A DNA stretch of 64,000 nucleotides from Escherichia coli (GTDB lineage Bacteria > Pseudomonadota > Gammaproteobacteria > Enterobacterales > Enterobacteriaceae). A model generated the notes under the pieces. The model did no database searches, had not been told where the DNA came from, and saw nothing but the letters and a program-made list of their open reading frames with translations. The stretch lies in NCBI RefSeq assembly GCF_003018235.1, contig NZ_CP027437.1; one strand, 5' to 3'. Of this stretch, positions 34,778-48,339 are shown piece after piece; position 1 is the first letter of the stretch; every line of letters starts with the position of its first letter. Both the position numbers and the translations under genes were made by a program.

Positions 34778-35851
34778 ATGAAACAAAAAGAGCTATGGAT
34801 TAACCAGATCAAAGGGTTATGTATTTGTCTGGTGGTGATTTATCACTCGGTTATTACCTTTTATCCGCATCTGACCACTTTCCAGCATCAGTTATCGGAA
34901 GTCCTGAGCAAATGCTGGATCTATTTCAATCTTTACCTTGCACCCTTTCGTATGCCGGTTTTTTTCTTTATATCCGGCTATTTGATTCGCCGCTATATCG
35001 ACAGCGTACCGTGGGGAAATTGTCTCGATAAACGGATCTGGAACATCTTCTGGGTGCTGGCGCTTTGGGGCGTGGTGCAGTGGCTGGCGTTAAGTGCGCT
35101 GAACCAGTGGCTGGCACCTGAGCGCGATTTAAGCAATGCCTCCAATGCCGCTTATGCCGATTCCACCGGTGAGTTCCTGCACGGGATGATCACCGCCAGC
35201 ACCAGCTTGTGGTATCTGTATGCGTTAATTGTCTATTTCGTGGTATGTAAAATTTTTAGCCGTCTGGCGCTGCCACTATTCGCCTTGTTTGTACTGATGA
35301 GTGTGGCGGTTAATTTCGTTCCCACGCCGTGGTGGGGAATGAACAGTGTGATCCGCAATTTGCCTTATTACAGCCTTGGCGCATGGTTTGGCGCAACATT
35401 AATGACCTGTGTTAAAGAGGTGCCGTTGCGCCGCCATCTGCTGATGGCTTCTTTGCTGACCGTTCTGGCGGTCGCTGCCTGGTTGTTTACTATCTCGCTG
35501 CTGTTGTCGCTGGTATCGATTGTGGTGATCATGAAACTGTTTTATCAGTACGAGCAGCGTTTCGGTATGCGTTCCTCCAGCCTGCTGAATGTTATTGGTT
35601 CTAACACTATTGCCATCTACACCACCCATCGCATTCTGGTTGAAATATTCAGCTTAACTCTGCTTGCGCAAATGAACGCAGCACGCTGGTCGCCGCAAGT
35701 CGAACTGACACTCCTGCTGGTTTACCCCTTTGTTAGTTTGTTCATCTGTACTGTTGCGGGCTTGCTGGTAAGAAAACTTTCACAGCGCGCATTCAGCGAT
35801 CTGTTGTTCTCCCCGCCTTCACTGCCCGCTGCCGTCAGTTACTCCCGCTAA
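34778..35851 (+). CDS. ycfT: inner membrane acyltransferase-family protein
   Basis: 357 aa polytopic membrane protein; synteny. Confidence 0.8.
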   Translation: MKQKELWINQIKGLCICLVVIYHSVITFYPHLTTFQHQLSEVLSKCWIYFNLYLAPFRMPVFFFISGYLIRRYIDSVPWGNCLDKRIWNIFWVLALWGVVQWLALSALNQWLAPERDLSNASNAAYADSTGEFLHGMITASTSLWYLYALIVYFVVCKIFSRLALPLFALFVLMSVAVNFVPTPWWGMNSVIRNLPYYSLGAWFGATLMTCVKEVPLRRHLLMASLLTVLAVAAWLFTISLLLSLVSIVVIMKLFYQYEQRFGMRSSSLLNVIGSNTIAIYTTHRILVEIFSLTLLAQMNAARWSPQVELTLLLVYPFVSLFICTVAGLLVRKLSQRAFSDLLFSPPSLPAAVSYSR

Positions 35852-35978
35852 GCCATCGCCCCAGCCGGGGCGATTCAATTTGCTAAACCATGTCGATTAC
35901 GGATAATGAACAGCATTGCTTATCAGAGATATGCCCCCATATGTTGAGGCATATCCTAACGAGAATCTGACAACCGTT

Positions 35979-38900
35979 ATGCCTGAACAATATCGTTATA
36001 CGCTGCCCGTCAAAGCGGGTGAGCAGCGTCTGCTGGGCGAGTTAACCGGCGCTGCCTGCGCGACGCTGGTAGCGGAAATTGCCGAACGTCACGCCGGTCC
36101 GGTGGTACTTATTGCACCAGATATGCAAAATGCCCTGCGTTTGCATGATGAAATCAGCCAGTTTACCGACCAGATGGTGATGAATCTGGCGGACTGGGAA
36201 ACTCTTCCCTACGACAGTTTTTCGCCTCATCAGGACATTATCTCCTCGCGCCTTTCCACCCTTTACCAGCTACCGACGATGCAGCGTGGCGTACTGATTG
36301 TTCCGGTGAATACGCTTATGCAGCGCGTTTGCCCGCACAGTTTTCTCCACGGTCATGCGCTGGTGATGAAAAAAGGTCAGCGCCTGTCACGAGATGCATT
36401 GCGAACCCAACTGGACAGCGCCGGTTATCGCCACGTTGACCAGGTTATGGAGCACGGCGAATACGCCACGCGCGGCGCGTTGCTGGATCTCTTCCCGATG
36501 GGGAGTGAGCTGCCTTATCGTCTTGATTTCTTTGATGATGAAATCGACAGCCTGCGGGTGTTTGACGTCGATAGCCAGCGCACGCTGGAGGAAGTAGAAG
36601 AGATCAATCTGCTGCCCGCGCACGAATTTCCGACCGATAAAGCGGCAATTGAACTGTTCCGCAGCCAGTGGCGTGATACCTTCGAAGTGAAGCGCGACCC
36701 GGAACATATTTATCAGCAAGTGAGTAAAGGCACATTACCTGCCGGGATCGAGTACTGGCAGCCATTGTTCTTCAGCGAACCACTGCCGCCGCTGTTCAGT
36801 TATTTCCCTGCCAATACCTTGCTGGTGAATACTGGCGATCTGGAAAACAGTGCCGAACGTTTCCAGGCTGACACGCTGGCGCGTTTTGAGAATCGCGGCG
36901 TCGATCCGATGCGTCCACTGTTGCCACCACAATCGCTCTGGCTGCGGGTAGACGAGCTCTTTTCAGAGCTGAAAAACTGGCCGCGTGTGCAGCTAAAAAC
37001 TGAACATTTACCGACAAAAGCCGCGAATGCCAATTTAGGTTTCCAGAAACTGCCAGACCTGGCCGTTCAGGCACAACAAAAAGCGCCGCTGGATGCGCTA
37101 CGTAAGTTCCTCGAGACTTTCGACGGTCCGGTGGTGTTCTCGGTAGAAAGTGAAGGTCGCCGTGAAGCGCTGGGTGAACTGCTCGCACGAATTAAAATTG
37201 CTCCGCAACGCATTATGCGTCTTGATGAAGCCAGCGACCGTGGGCGTTATCTGATGATTGGCGCTGCCGAACATGGTTTTGTCGATAAGGTGCGTAACCT
37301 GGCGCTGATTTGCGAAAGCGATCTGCTCGGTGAACGTGTTGCCCGCCGTCGTCAGGATTCTCGCCGCACCATCAACCCCGATACACTGATCCGCAACCTC
37401 GCGGAGCTGCATATTGGCCAGCCGGTGGTCCATCTGGAGCACGGCGTCGGTCGCTATGCCGGAATGACCACGCTGGAAGCGGGCGGCATTACTGGCGAGT
37501 ATTTGATGCTCACCTATGCCAACGACGCCAAACTGTATGTTCCGGTGTCGTCACTGCATCTGATTAGCCGTTACGCCGGTGGCGCGGAAGAAAACGCCCC
37601 GCTGCATAAACTTGGCGGCGATGCGTGGTCACGCGCGCGGCAGAAAGCGGCGGAAAAAGTGCGTGATGTGGCGGCAGAATTGCTGGATATCTACGCGCAA
37701 CGCGCCGCCAAAGAGGGCTACGCGTTTAAACACGATCGTGAGCAGTATCAGTTGTTCTGCGACAGCTTCCCGTTTGAAACCACGCCGGATCAGGCGCAGG
37801 CCATTAATGCGGTGCTTAGCGACATGTGTCAGCCGCTGGCAATGGATCGTCTGGTGTGTGGCGATGTTGGCTTTGGGAAAACTGAAGTCGCGATGCGCGC
37901 CGCTTTCCTGGCAGTAGATAACCACAAGCAGGTGGCGGTGCTGGTGCCTACCACCCTTCTCGCGCAGCAGCATTACGACAACTTCCGCGACCGTTTCGCC
38001 AACTGGCCAGTACGCATCGAAATGATCTCCCGTTTCCGCAGTGCCAAAGAACAGACGCAAATCCTTGCGGAAGTGGCGGAAGGGAAAATCGATATTCTGA
38101 TCGGTACGCACAAACTGCTGCAAAATGACGTCAAGTTTAAAGATTTAGGCCTGCTGATTGTCGATGAAGAACACCGCTTCGGGGTACGTCATAAAGAGCG
38201 CATTAAAGCGATGCGTGCGAACGTGGATATTCTGACGCTTACCGCTACGCCGATCCCACGTACGCTGAATATGGCGATGAGCGGAATGCGCGATCTGTCG
38301 ATTATTGCCACGCCGCCCGCCCGTCGTCTGGCGGTCAAAACGTTTGTCCGCGAGTATGACAGTCTGGTGGTCCGGGAGGCGATCCTGCGTGAAATTTTGC
38401 GCGGAGGACAGGTTTATTATCTCTACAATGATGTGGAAAACATTCAGAAAGCCGCCGAACGGCTGGCAGAACTGGTGCCAGAAGCGCGGATCGCCATCGG
38501 TCACGGGCAGATGCGCGAGCGCGAACTGGAGCGGGTGATGAATGATTTCCATCATCAACGTTTCAACGTGCTGGTTTGTACAACCATTATCGAAACCGGG
38601 ATCGACATCCCGACAGCCAACACCATTATTATTGAACGCGCGGATCACTTCGGTCTGGCGCAGCTGCACCAGTTGCGCGGTCGCGTCGGGCGTTCGCATC
38701 ATCAGGCATATGCATGGTTGCTGACACCGCATCCAAAAGCGATGACTACCGATGCACAAAAACGTCTTGAAGCGATTGCCTCGCTGGAAGATCTCGGGGC
38801 AGGTTTTGCGCTGGCAACGCACGATCTGGAGATTCGCGGCGCGGGTGAATTGCTTGGCGAAGAACAAAGCGGCTCAATGGAAACTATCGGTTTCTCGCTG

Positions 38901-39425
38901 TATATGGAGTTGCTGGAAAACGCCGTCGATGCGCTGAAAGCCGGACGCGAGCCGTCGCTGGAAGATCTCACCAGTCAACAAACAGAAGTCGAGCTGCGGA
39001 TGCCGTCGCTGTTGCCGGATGATTTCATTCCTGACGTGAATACGCGTTTGTCGTTCTATAAACGTATTGCCAGCGCCAAAACGGAAAACGAACTGGAAGA
39101 GATCAAAGTTGAGCTTATCGATCGCTTCGGCCTGCTGCCGGATCCGGCGCGTACCCTGCTGGATATTGCCCGTCTGCGCCAGCAAGCGCAGAAACTGGGG
39201 ATCAGGAAGCTGGAAGGTAATGAGAAAGGCGGCGTGATCGAATTTGCCGAGAAGAATCACGTTAATCCGGCCTGGTTGATTGGTTTGCTGCAAAAACAGC
39301 CGCAGCATTACCGCCTTGATGGTCCGACGCGCCTGAAGTTTATTCAGGATTTGAGCGAGCGAAAAACGCGTATCGAATGGGTACGCCAGTTTATGCGTGA
39401 ACTGGAAGAGAACGCGATCGCTTAA
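35979..39425 (+). CDS. mfd: transcription-repair coupling factor
   Basis: MPEQYRYTLPVKAGEQRLLGE from ATG 35979; 1148 aa with helicase motifs. Confidence 0.97.
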   Translation: MPEQYRYTLPVKAGEQRLLGELTGAACATLVAEIAERHAGPVVLIAPDMQNALRLHDEISQFTDQMVMNLADWETLPYDSFSPHQDIISSRLSTLYQLPTMQRGVLIVPVNTLMQRVCPHSFLHGHALVMKKGQRLSRDALRTQLDSAGYRHVDQVMEHGEYATRGALLDLFPMGSELPYRLDFFDDEIDSLRVFDVDSQRTLEEVEEINLLPAHEFPTDKAAIELFRSQWRDTFEVKRDPEHIYQQVSKGTLPAGIEYWQPLFFSEPLPPLFSYFPANTLLVNTGDLENSAERFQADTLARFENRGVDPMRPLLPPQSLWLRVDELFSELKNWPRVQLKTEHLPTKAANANLGFQKLPDLAVQAQQKAPLDALRKFLETFDGPVVFSVESEGRREALGELLARIKIAPQRIMRLDEASDRGRYLMIGAAEHGFVDKVRNLALICESDLLGERVARRRQDSRRTINPDTLIRNLAELHIGQPVVHLEHGVGRYAGMTTLEAGGITGEYLMLTYANDAKLYVPVSSLHLISRYAGGAEENAPLHKLGGDAWSRARQKAAEKVRDVAAELLDIYAQRAAKEGYAFKHDREQYQLFCDSFPFETTPDQAQAINAVLSDMCQPLAMDRLVCGDVGFGKTEVAMRAAFLAVDNHKQVAVLVPTTLLAQQHYDNFRDRFANWPVRIEMISRFRSAKEQTQILAEVAEGKIDILIGTHKLLQNDVKFKDLGLLIVDEEHRFGVRHKERIKAMRANVDILTLTATPIPRTLNMAMSGMRDLSIIATPPARRLAVKTFVREYDSLVVREAILREILRGGQVYYLYNDVENIQKAAERLAELVPEARIAIGHGQMRERELERVMNDFHHQRFNVLVCTTIIETGIDIPTANTIIIERADHFGLAQLHQLRGRVGRSHHQAYAWLLTPHPKAMTTDAQKRLEAIASLEDLGAGFALATHDLEIRGAGELLGEEQSGSMETIGFSLYMELLENAVDALKAGREPSLEDLTSQQTEVELRMPSLLPDDFIPDVNTRLSFYKRIASAKTENELEEIKVELIDRFGLLPDPARTLLDIARLRQQAQKLGIRKLEGNEKGGVIEFAEKNHVNPAWLIGLLQKQPQHYRLDGPTRLKFIQDLSERKTRIEWVRQFMRELEENAIA

Positions 39426-39565
39426 TAGTAAATCGGGGGCGTTTCTGCGCCCCCATCTGCAACATTTACAAATTCTTTGCACTTCCCTGCACTATCCGAC
39501 ACTGTCACCATCCATAATTCAGGCTTATCTGTTTATTACAATAACCTTATATTTATTATGGATTT

Positions 39566-40531
39566 TTGGTGATGATCAAAACGCGTTTTTCTCGCTGGCT
39601 AACGTTTTTTACGCTCGCCGCTGCCGTGGTGCTGGCGCTGCCGGCAAAAGCCAACACCTGGCCGCTGCCGCCAGCGGGCAGTCGTCTGGTTGGCGAAAAT
39701 AAATTTCATGTGGTGGAAAATGACGGTGGTTCTCTGGAAGCCATCGCCAAAAAATATAACGTCGGCTTTCTCGCTCTGTTACAGGCTAACCCCGGTGTTG
39801 ATCCTTACGTACCGCGCGCGGGTAGCGTGTTAACGATCCCGTTGCAAACCCTACTTCCAGACGCGCCGCGCGAAGGCATTGTGATCAACATTGCGGAGCT
39901 GCGTCTCTATTACTACCCGCCGGGTAAAAATTCGGTAACCGTGTATCCCATCGGCATTGGTCAGTTGGGTGGTGACACGCTGACACCGACAATGGTGACC
40001 ACCGTTTCAGACAAACGTGCAAACCCAACCTGGACGCCAACGGCAAACATCCGCGCCCGTTATAAAGCACAGGGAATTGAGTTGCCTGCGGTAGTTCCGG
40101 CTGGACCGGATAACCCAATGGGCCATCATGCGATTCGTCTGGCGGCCTATGGCGGTGTTTATTTGCTTCACGGTACGAACGCCGATTTCGGCATTGGCAT
40201 GCGGGTAAGTTCTGGCTGTATTCGTCTGCGTGATGACGATATCAAAACACTCTTTAGCCAGGTCACCCCTGGTACCAAAGTGAATATCATCAACACCCCG
40301 ATTAAAGTCTCTGCCGAACCAAACGGTGCGCGTCTGGTTGAAGTACATCAGCCGCTGTCAGAGAAGATTGATGACGATCCGCAGCTGCTGCCAATTACGC
40401 TGAATAACGCAATGCAATCATTTAAAGATGCAGCACAAACTGACGCTGAAGTGATGCAACATGTGATGGATGTCCGTTCCGGGATGCCGGTGGATGTCCG
40501 CCGTCATCAAGTGAGCCCACAAACTCTGTAA
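39566..40531 (+). CDS. ldtC: L,D-transpeptidase
   Basis: Signal peptide plus YkuD catalytic motif HGTNADFGIGMRVSSGCIRL. Confidence 0.9.
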   Translation: MVMIKTRFSRWLTFFTLAAAVVLALPAKANTWPLPPAGSRLVGENKFHVVENDGGSLEAIAKKYNVGFLALLQANPGVDPYVPRAGSVLTIPLQTLLPDAPREGIVINIAELRLYYYPPGKNSVTVYPIGIGQLGGDTLTPTMVTTVSDKRANPTWTPTANIRARYKAQGIELPAVVPAGPDNPMGHHAIRLAAYGGVYLLHGTNADFGIGMRVSSGCIRLRDDDIKTLFSQVTPGTKVNIINTPIKVSAEPNGARLVEVHQPLSEKIDDDPQLLPITLNNAMQSFKDAAQTDAEVMQHVMDVRSGMPVDVRRHQVSPQTL

Positions 40532-40612
40532 ATCCTGGATAAAAAAATCCCCGCGACACGGCATGTCGCGGGGAAAAAATCAGCAGTAGCAGGCATTAAT
40601 GAGGGTTAATGC

Positions 40613-40870
40613 TTATTTATAAATTACTGCTGTTCCATGGAGGGTATTCGGACCGGTTACAGAAGTAATACGGAAAGATTTTGCGCCCATCTCATCCGCT
40701 TTTTGCGCCAGCTGCTCTTCCAGCGATCCCAGATTTGTCCCCGCGTTAGCACTGATTGTACCGACTTTTTGTTGGCCTTCTGGCGTTGACTGAACTTCGA
40801 CAGCCGCAAAGCTGGCAAATGACATGGAGCTTAAAATCGCCGCAGCGATGAGGGTTTTTACGTTTTTCAT
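40613..40870 (-). CDS. bhsA: multiple stress resistance protein
   Basis: 85 aa secreted YcfR/BhsA-family protein. Confidence 0.9.
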   Translation of the reverse strand: MKNVKTLIAAAILSSMSFASFAAVEVQSTPEGQQKVGTISANAGTNLGSLEEQLAQKADEMGAKSFRITSVTGPNTLHGTAVIYK

Positions 40871-41110
40871 AATAGTGGCCTTATGCAGATGAATGACGTC
40901 GCAAGCAATTACTTAACGATCGATAACTAAATGATAAATGTGATCTGGATCACATACAAGATATTTTTTATAACAATCATTAATTAATTTAAAAATCTTT
41001 AAATTTCAGTTAAATAGAAAGAAATTATTTTTATGGTTTGTGGACTGGTGAACGGAGGTGATTATTTTTATAATAACCTTTCATTCACAGTCACCAGGTA
41101 CAACGGCATC

Positions 41111-41743
41111 ATGGCAACTGACTCAACACAATGTGTAAAAAAAAGCCGTGGCCGCCCAAAAGTGTTCGACAGGGATGCCGCGCTTGATAAGGCCATGAAA
41201 TTGTTCTGGCAGCACGGTTATGAAGCGACTTCTCTTGCGGACCTCGTCGAAGCGACCGGAGCCAAAGCGCCCACGCTATACGCGGAATTTACCAACAAAG
41301 AGGGGTTATTCCGCGCCGTACTCGACCGCTATATCGATCGTTTTGCCGCTAAGCATGAAGCACAGCTGTTTTGTGAAGAGAAAAGCGTGGAGACTGCGCT
41401 GGCTGACTATTTTGCTGCCGTCGCCAACTGCTTTACCAGCAAAGACACCCCGGCTGGCTGCTTTATGATCAACAACTGCACCACCCTCTCCCCGGATTCC
41501 GGAGATATCGGCAATACGCTGAAATCACGCCATGCGATGCAAGAGCGCACTTTGCAGCAGTTTTTATGTCAACGACAAGCGCGCGGGGAAATCCCGACCC
41601 ACTGTGACGTGACGCATCTGGCAGAATTCCTTAATTGTATTATTCAGGGGATGTCGATCAGCGCACGCGAAGGTGCATCGCTGGAAAAACTGATGCAGAT
41701 TGCCCGAACGACTTTGCGTTTATGGCCCGAACTGGTGAAATAA
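41111..41743 (+). CDS. comR: TetR-family repressor
   Basis: MATDSTQCVKKSRGRPKVFDRDAALDKAMKLFWQHGYEATSL from ATG 41111. Confidence 0.85.
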   Translation: MATDSTQCVKKSRGRPKVFDRDAALDKAMKLFWQHGYEATSLADLVEATGAKAPTLYAEFTNKEGLFRAVLDRYIDRFAAKHEAQLFCEEKSVETALADYFAAVANCFTSKDTPAGCFMINNCTTLSPDSGDIGNTLKSRHAMQERTLQQFLCQRQARGEIPTHCDVTHLAEFLNCIIQGMSISAREGASLEKLMQIARTTLRLWPELVK

Positions 41744-41804
41744 GTCGCAAAAAAAGCCCCTCAGCCTGAGCGAATGAGGGGCTAAATTGCAGAGTACAGC
41801 CTTG

Positions 41805-42344
41805 TTATACTTTGTTATTCAAAATCAGTTGCCCGTTGCTATCTAGCGGGATCTGCGTACCCGGATCGCGGTCCATGCGGATTTTGCCCTGCTGATCGCC
41901 AATCTTATAGGTCACATCATAACCGAGCATTTTTTCTGACTTGTCATACACCGTTTTACAACGCTGTTGCGTAGTCGTGTAAGTATCGCTTTCCTGGAGA
42001 GAGCCCTGGATCTGGTTACCGGCATAGCCACCTCCCAGCGCCCCCACAACAGTGGCGACATCTTTACCGCGACCACCGCCAAACTGATGCCCTATCACGC
42101 CGCCAGCAACAGCGCCGAGCACCGACCCGGTAATGCGATTTTCATCCTGCACCGGTCGACGATGGGTCACTGTGACGTTGCGACACTCCTGACGCGGTGT
42201 TTTAACCGTTTCCTTGATTGGGGTTGCAGAAACAACCTGAGCGTATTGCGGGCCACGTTCAAACACGTTCAGACTGGCCACTGCCGCTACGCCCAACGCA
42301 GCTGCGACACCAATCCCGATACCCGCCAACATTGATTTATTCAC
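41805..42344 (-). CDS. ycfJ: YcfJ family protein
   Basis: GTG start at 42344 with AAGGAGG site; glycine-zipper-rich protein. Confidence 0.8.
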   Translation of the reverse strand: MNKSMLAGIGIGVAAALGVAAVASLNVFERGPQYAQVVSATPIKETVKTPRQECRNVTVTHRRPVQDENRITGSVLGAVAGGVIGHQFGGGRGKDVATVVGALGGGYAGNQIQGSLQESDTYTTTQQRCKTVYDKSEKMLGYDVTYKIGDQQGKIRMDRDPGTQIPLDSNGQLILNNKV

Positions 42345-42439
42345 GGGAACACCTCCTTCTTTGCTGTTATGCCAATCATGCAAGCGAAGGAGAAAAGCAG
42401 CTATCAGACAGAAGATGAAAAGCGCGGGAATGGCTGGAA

Positions 42440-42570
<131 letters not shown>

Positions 42571-43875
42571 TTAATGCAACTTCAAACGTGGACGGATAAC
42601 GCGGTTAATACTCCCCACCAGCATCATTAATCCGGTTTTAAAGTAACCATGCAGCGCAATCTGGTGCATTCGGTATAGCGAGATGTATACAAAGCGCGCA
42701 ATTCGTCCTTCAATCATCATTGAGCCGCGCGTCAGGTTACCCATCAGGCTACCGACGGTGGAGAAGTTCGACAGCGATACCAGAGAACCGTGATCTTTAT
42801 ACTGATAATTTTTCAGCGGCTTACCGTTCATCTGCGCCAGAATGTTGTTCATTGCGCAGGTTGCCATCTGGTGTGCGGCCTGCGCACGCGGCGGAACAAA
42901 GCCCCCTTCCGGACGCGGGCATGACGCGCAGTCGCCAATAGCGTATATGTCTGGATCGCGAGTGGTTTGCAGCGTCGGTTCCACCACCAGCTGGTTGATA
43001 CGGTTGGTTTCAAGACCACCGATATCTTTCAGGAAGTCTGGTGCTTTGATCCCGGCTGCCCACACCATCAGATCAGCCTCAATATATTCACCATCTTTAG
43101 TATGCAGGCCGCCTTCATCAGCACTGGTGACCATGGTTTGCGTCAGCACGCGAACGCCAAGTTTCGTTAACTCATTATGGGCCGCAGCAGAGATACGTGG
43201 CGGTAATGCAGGCAAAATACGTTCGCCCGCTTCTACCAGCGTTACGTTCAGGGCTTCGTTGGTCAGACCTTTATAACCGTAGCTGTGCAGTTGCTTGACC
43301 GCGTTGTGCAATTCAGCGGAGAGTTCTACACCCGTCGCGCCGCCGCCGACTATCGCAATGTTCACTTTGCCATTCGCGCCCAGGTTGGCGGAGTATTTCA
43401 GGAACAGATTCAGCATCTCCTGGTGGAAGCGACGCGCCTGGTGCGGGTTATCGAGGAAAATGCAGTTCTCTTTGACACCTGGCGTATTGAAATCGTTGGA
43501 GGTGCTACCCAGCGCCATTACCAGGGTGTCATAGGCGATTTTACGTTCCGGAACCAGCAATTCACCTTTTTCGTCGCGCAGTTCTGCAATAGTGATTGTT
43601 TTCGCTTCACGATCAATATCAATGACGGAACCCAGCTGGAACTGGAAACCATGATTACGCGCATGGGCCAGATAGCTCAACGCATCAACGCCTTCATCAA
43701 GCGAGCCAGTCGCCACTTCGTGCAGCAGCGGTTTCCACAGGTGGCTGTGGTTACGATCGACCAGCGTGATTTTGGCTTTTTTCTTGCGTCCCAGCTTATG
43801 CCCCAGCTGTGTTGCCATTTCCAGCCCACCAGCACCGCCGCCGACAATCACAATTTTTTTCAATGGCGTAGTCAA
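42571..43875 (-). CDS. ndh: type II NADH dehydrogenase
   Basis: [20 protein letters not shown] from a TTG start at 43875 (434 aa). Confidence 0.9.
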
Positions 43876-44205
43876 CGTGACCCCCTTAAATTTATTAACC
43901 AATTGTTAATTAATGGTTATTAACATAGCTCTTAATTAACAACAGGTTACAGCAATGAAAATGTTCTTCGCTATTGAGAATAACATGAATGGTGCATTGG
44001 TCATACCAAAATTGATGTTAATCAAGTTTTGTTGCTGAAAAGATAGGCGACTTTACCGGGCGAGATCAAAAAACAGAGTTTGTTGTTTATTATTTGAGCT
44101 AATTTATGAGAGTGGTATAGCGTGAGGGGTGTATGGAGGACGTTTGGTAGGCCTGATAAAATGCGCATCAGGTACCGGCAAGGTTACCTGATGCGACGAG
44201 GGCAT

Positions 44206-44748
44206 TTACCCGAGGGTTTTGAACGCTTTAATGCGCTGCAAATGCGGGGAGATATTCTTGAATTTGTGCGTCTGCTCTTCGTCCCAGACAATCTCGTAAT
44301 AATGATGCAGCTCTTCAGATGTCCGCTGGCTGTTAAGCGCTTCATCATTACGCGACAAAATCACCAGGCAACGATCGCGATTCTTCTCACGGAAGTTGGT
44401 CACACACTTAGTGGCAATATCGGCATACTCTTCCGGGCGATCAATCTTGCCTTCCATGTTCTCATAAGGGAACAAATTAGGGTTGAAGATCACCTGGCGG
44501 ATATCGCAAAGAAAACCAATCCGTTCCGCCCAGTATCCGCCCAGACCAACGCCGCAAATCAGCGGACGCTCGTCGACGTTCAGTTGCAACATTTTGTCCA
44601 CTTCTTTGAGCAGATGCTGCATATCATGTTTCGGATGCCGCGTACTGTAGCTTATCAAGCGTACATCCGGGTCAATAAACTGCAATTGTAAGACTTTCTC
44701 GTGGTTACCCGGACTGTTAGAGTCAAAACCGTGTAAATAGATAATCAT
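44206..44748 (-). CDS. ycfP: UPF0227 esterase-like protein
   Basis: [19 protein letters not shown] from ATG 44748. Confidence 0.85.
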
Positions 44749-44770
44749 CGCTTCCTCACATAAGCCAGGG

Positions 44771-46611
<1,841 letters not shown>

Positions 46612-46631
<20 letters not shown>

Positions 46632-47253
46632 CTTTACCTGACCAGATAATTTCGCCCGTCTGCACCAGCATCAGCTGCATTTGTAGGGTCGGAGCGTTAA
46701 CGTTGCCAGAGGCGCTGGAGTACAGCACGTAATGAGCGCCGACATTGCGGGCAATGCCTATGGCTTTACTACGGGTGCCTAAACTGTCCTGCGGCGACAA
46801 ACCTAACTGTTGCTTTGCCATCGACAGCTGCTGGGCGGAAACCAGGGTAAATTTACCGTTATTAGCCAGCGCATTTCGCAGCGTTTCGGTCGCTTCTGCG
46901 GCATTCAGCGAACCGTTAGTACGGTTGTTAACGCTGTCAACCAGCAGGACGCTACCCGCAGTCACGCCGTCAGCCCCAAGCATCTTACTGACCATCGGCT
47001 GCATTGCGCCATTCCAGTCATAATGGCGAATATGCGGCGCAGGCGGTGCAGTTTGATCTTCGTGCTCAATTGGGCCTGGCTGGTGCGGTATCGTCGGCAC
47101 CGATGGCACTGTGGGGACAGGCTGTTGCGGCTCGGCTGGTTGTTCCGGCGCTGGTTTCACTTCTTCTACCGGAGCAGGTTCACGTTGCCCCACACACCCG
47201 GCGAGAAACATCGCCAGCGCGGTAATCAAGGCGTAGCGACTCATTTTGGTCAT
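46612..47253 (-). CDS. lpoB: penicillin-binding protein activator lipoprotein
   Basis: [20 protein letters not shown] lipoprotein signal. Confidence 0.9.
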
Positions 47254-47266
47254 CAAGATTCACCCC

Positions 47267-47644
47267 TTACAAATATAGATAAAGTCTGACTTTGTGCGCC
47301 CCCAGAAAATTGGCGCTGCCGTACAGCGTTACCGCCGAATGTGCGGGAATGGTAACGCTGCGTGGCCTTTCCAGAGGATGCATCTCCAGCCCTCTGGCGT
47401 CATACCAGTAAAAACGATAATGAACGGTAACGGGTTCTTGCCTTTCGTTATAAAGCGTTGAGGATGCTGAAGGTTGAATATCAGACGTCGAAAGGACGGG
47501 CTTTTCTGCACTGATGCCCGCAGCCAATAAAGATGACTCCATCACCAGCGACTGCTCATCATTCACCGGAATTTCCGGATGTGAACGACAGCCCACCAGC
47601 ACTAACAACGCCAGAGACACCAGCCCAAAGCATCCTTTTCTCAT
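47267..47644 (-). CDS. ycfL: lipoprotein
   Basis: 125 aa lipoprotein; synteny. Confidence 0.8.
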   Translation of the reverse strand: MRKGCFGLVSLALLVLVGCRSHPEIPVNDEQSLVMESSLLAAGISAEKPVLSTSDIQPSASSTLYNERQEPVTVHYRFYWYDARGLEMHPLERPRSVTIPAHSAVTLYGSANFLGAHKVRLYLYL

Positions 47645-47646
47645 CG

Positions 47647-48006
47647 TTACAGACCTTTATGCGCCAGCATTGGTCCCAGCGGACGGCCACCCAACAAGTG
47701 CATATGGATGTGGTAAACCTCTTGTCCGCCATGGCGGTTGGTGTTCATGATCAGACGATAGCCATCTTCGGCAATACCTTCTTGCTCAGCAATTTTTGCC
47801 GCTACGGTGATCATGCGTCCCAGCGCCTGCTCATGCTCAGCTGACACGTCGTTCACAGTCGGAATGAGGATATTCGGAATGATCAGAATATGCGTTGGCG
47901 CTTGCGGCGAAATATCGCGAAACGCCGTTACCAGATCATCCTGGTAGACGATATCGGAGGGGATCTCACGACGAATAATTTTGCTGAATATAGTTTCTTC
48001 TGCCAC
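47647..48006 (-). CDS. hinT: purine nucleoside phosphoramidase (HIT family)
   Basis: HIT motif HIHMHLLGG; GTG start at 48006. Confidence 0.9.
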   Translation of the reverse strand: MAEETIFSKIIRREIPSDIVYQDDLVTAFRDISPQAPTHILIIPNILIPTVNDVSAEHEQALGRMITVAAKIAEQEGIAEDGYRLIMNTNRHGGQEVYHIHMHLLGGRPLGPMLAHKGL

Positions 48007-48339
48007 GACATTTTCCTTTTTCAAATAGCCATGCGTTGCGCCATGCTACGCCGCGCCACACTGCGAGTATAGAGTATGGTCGAGTTAAACCTGCTCTTTC
48101 AACCTTAACTCACGATTTCTTAAGCAAAAAATCGTTTTGCTGCCGTATATATCGCCATTATTCCCATTTCTGCCTGCGAATGCGCTGAAAAGACATTCTC
48201 TGTTTGGTTTACACGTCAAATATGAATGCGTATATTTCTCATTTGCATTTACATGCAAAATTATTCGCACACTAAATATAACCGCTCATCACCCTCCTCC
48301 GGCATGAGCCTGACGACAACATAAACCAAGAGATTTCAG

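Noticed and set aside
38145-38867. 240 aa minus-strand ORF inside mfd
   Set aside because: Antisense to mfd with no independent signals.
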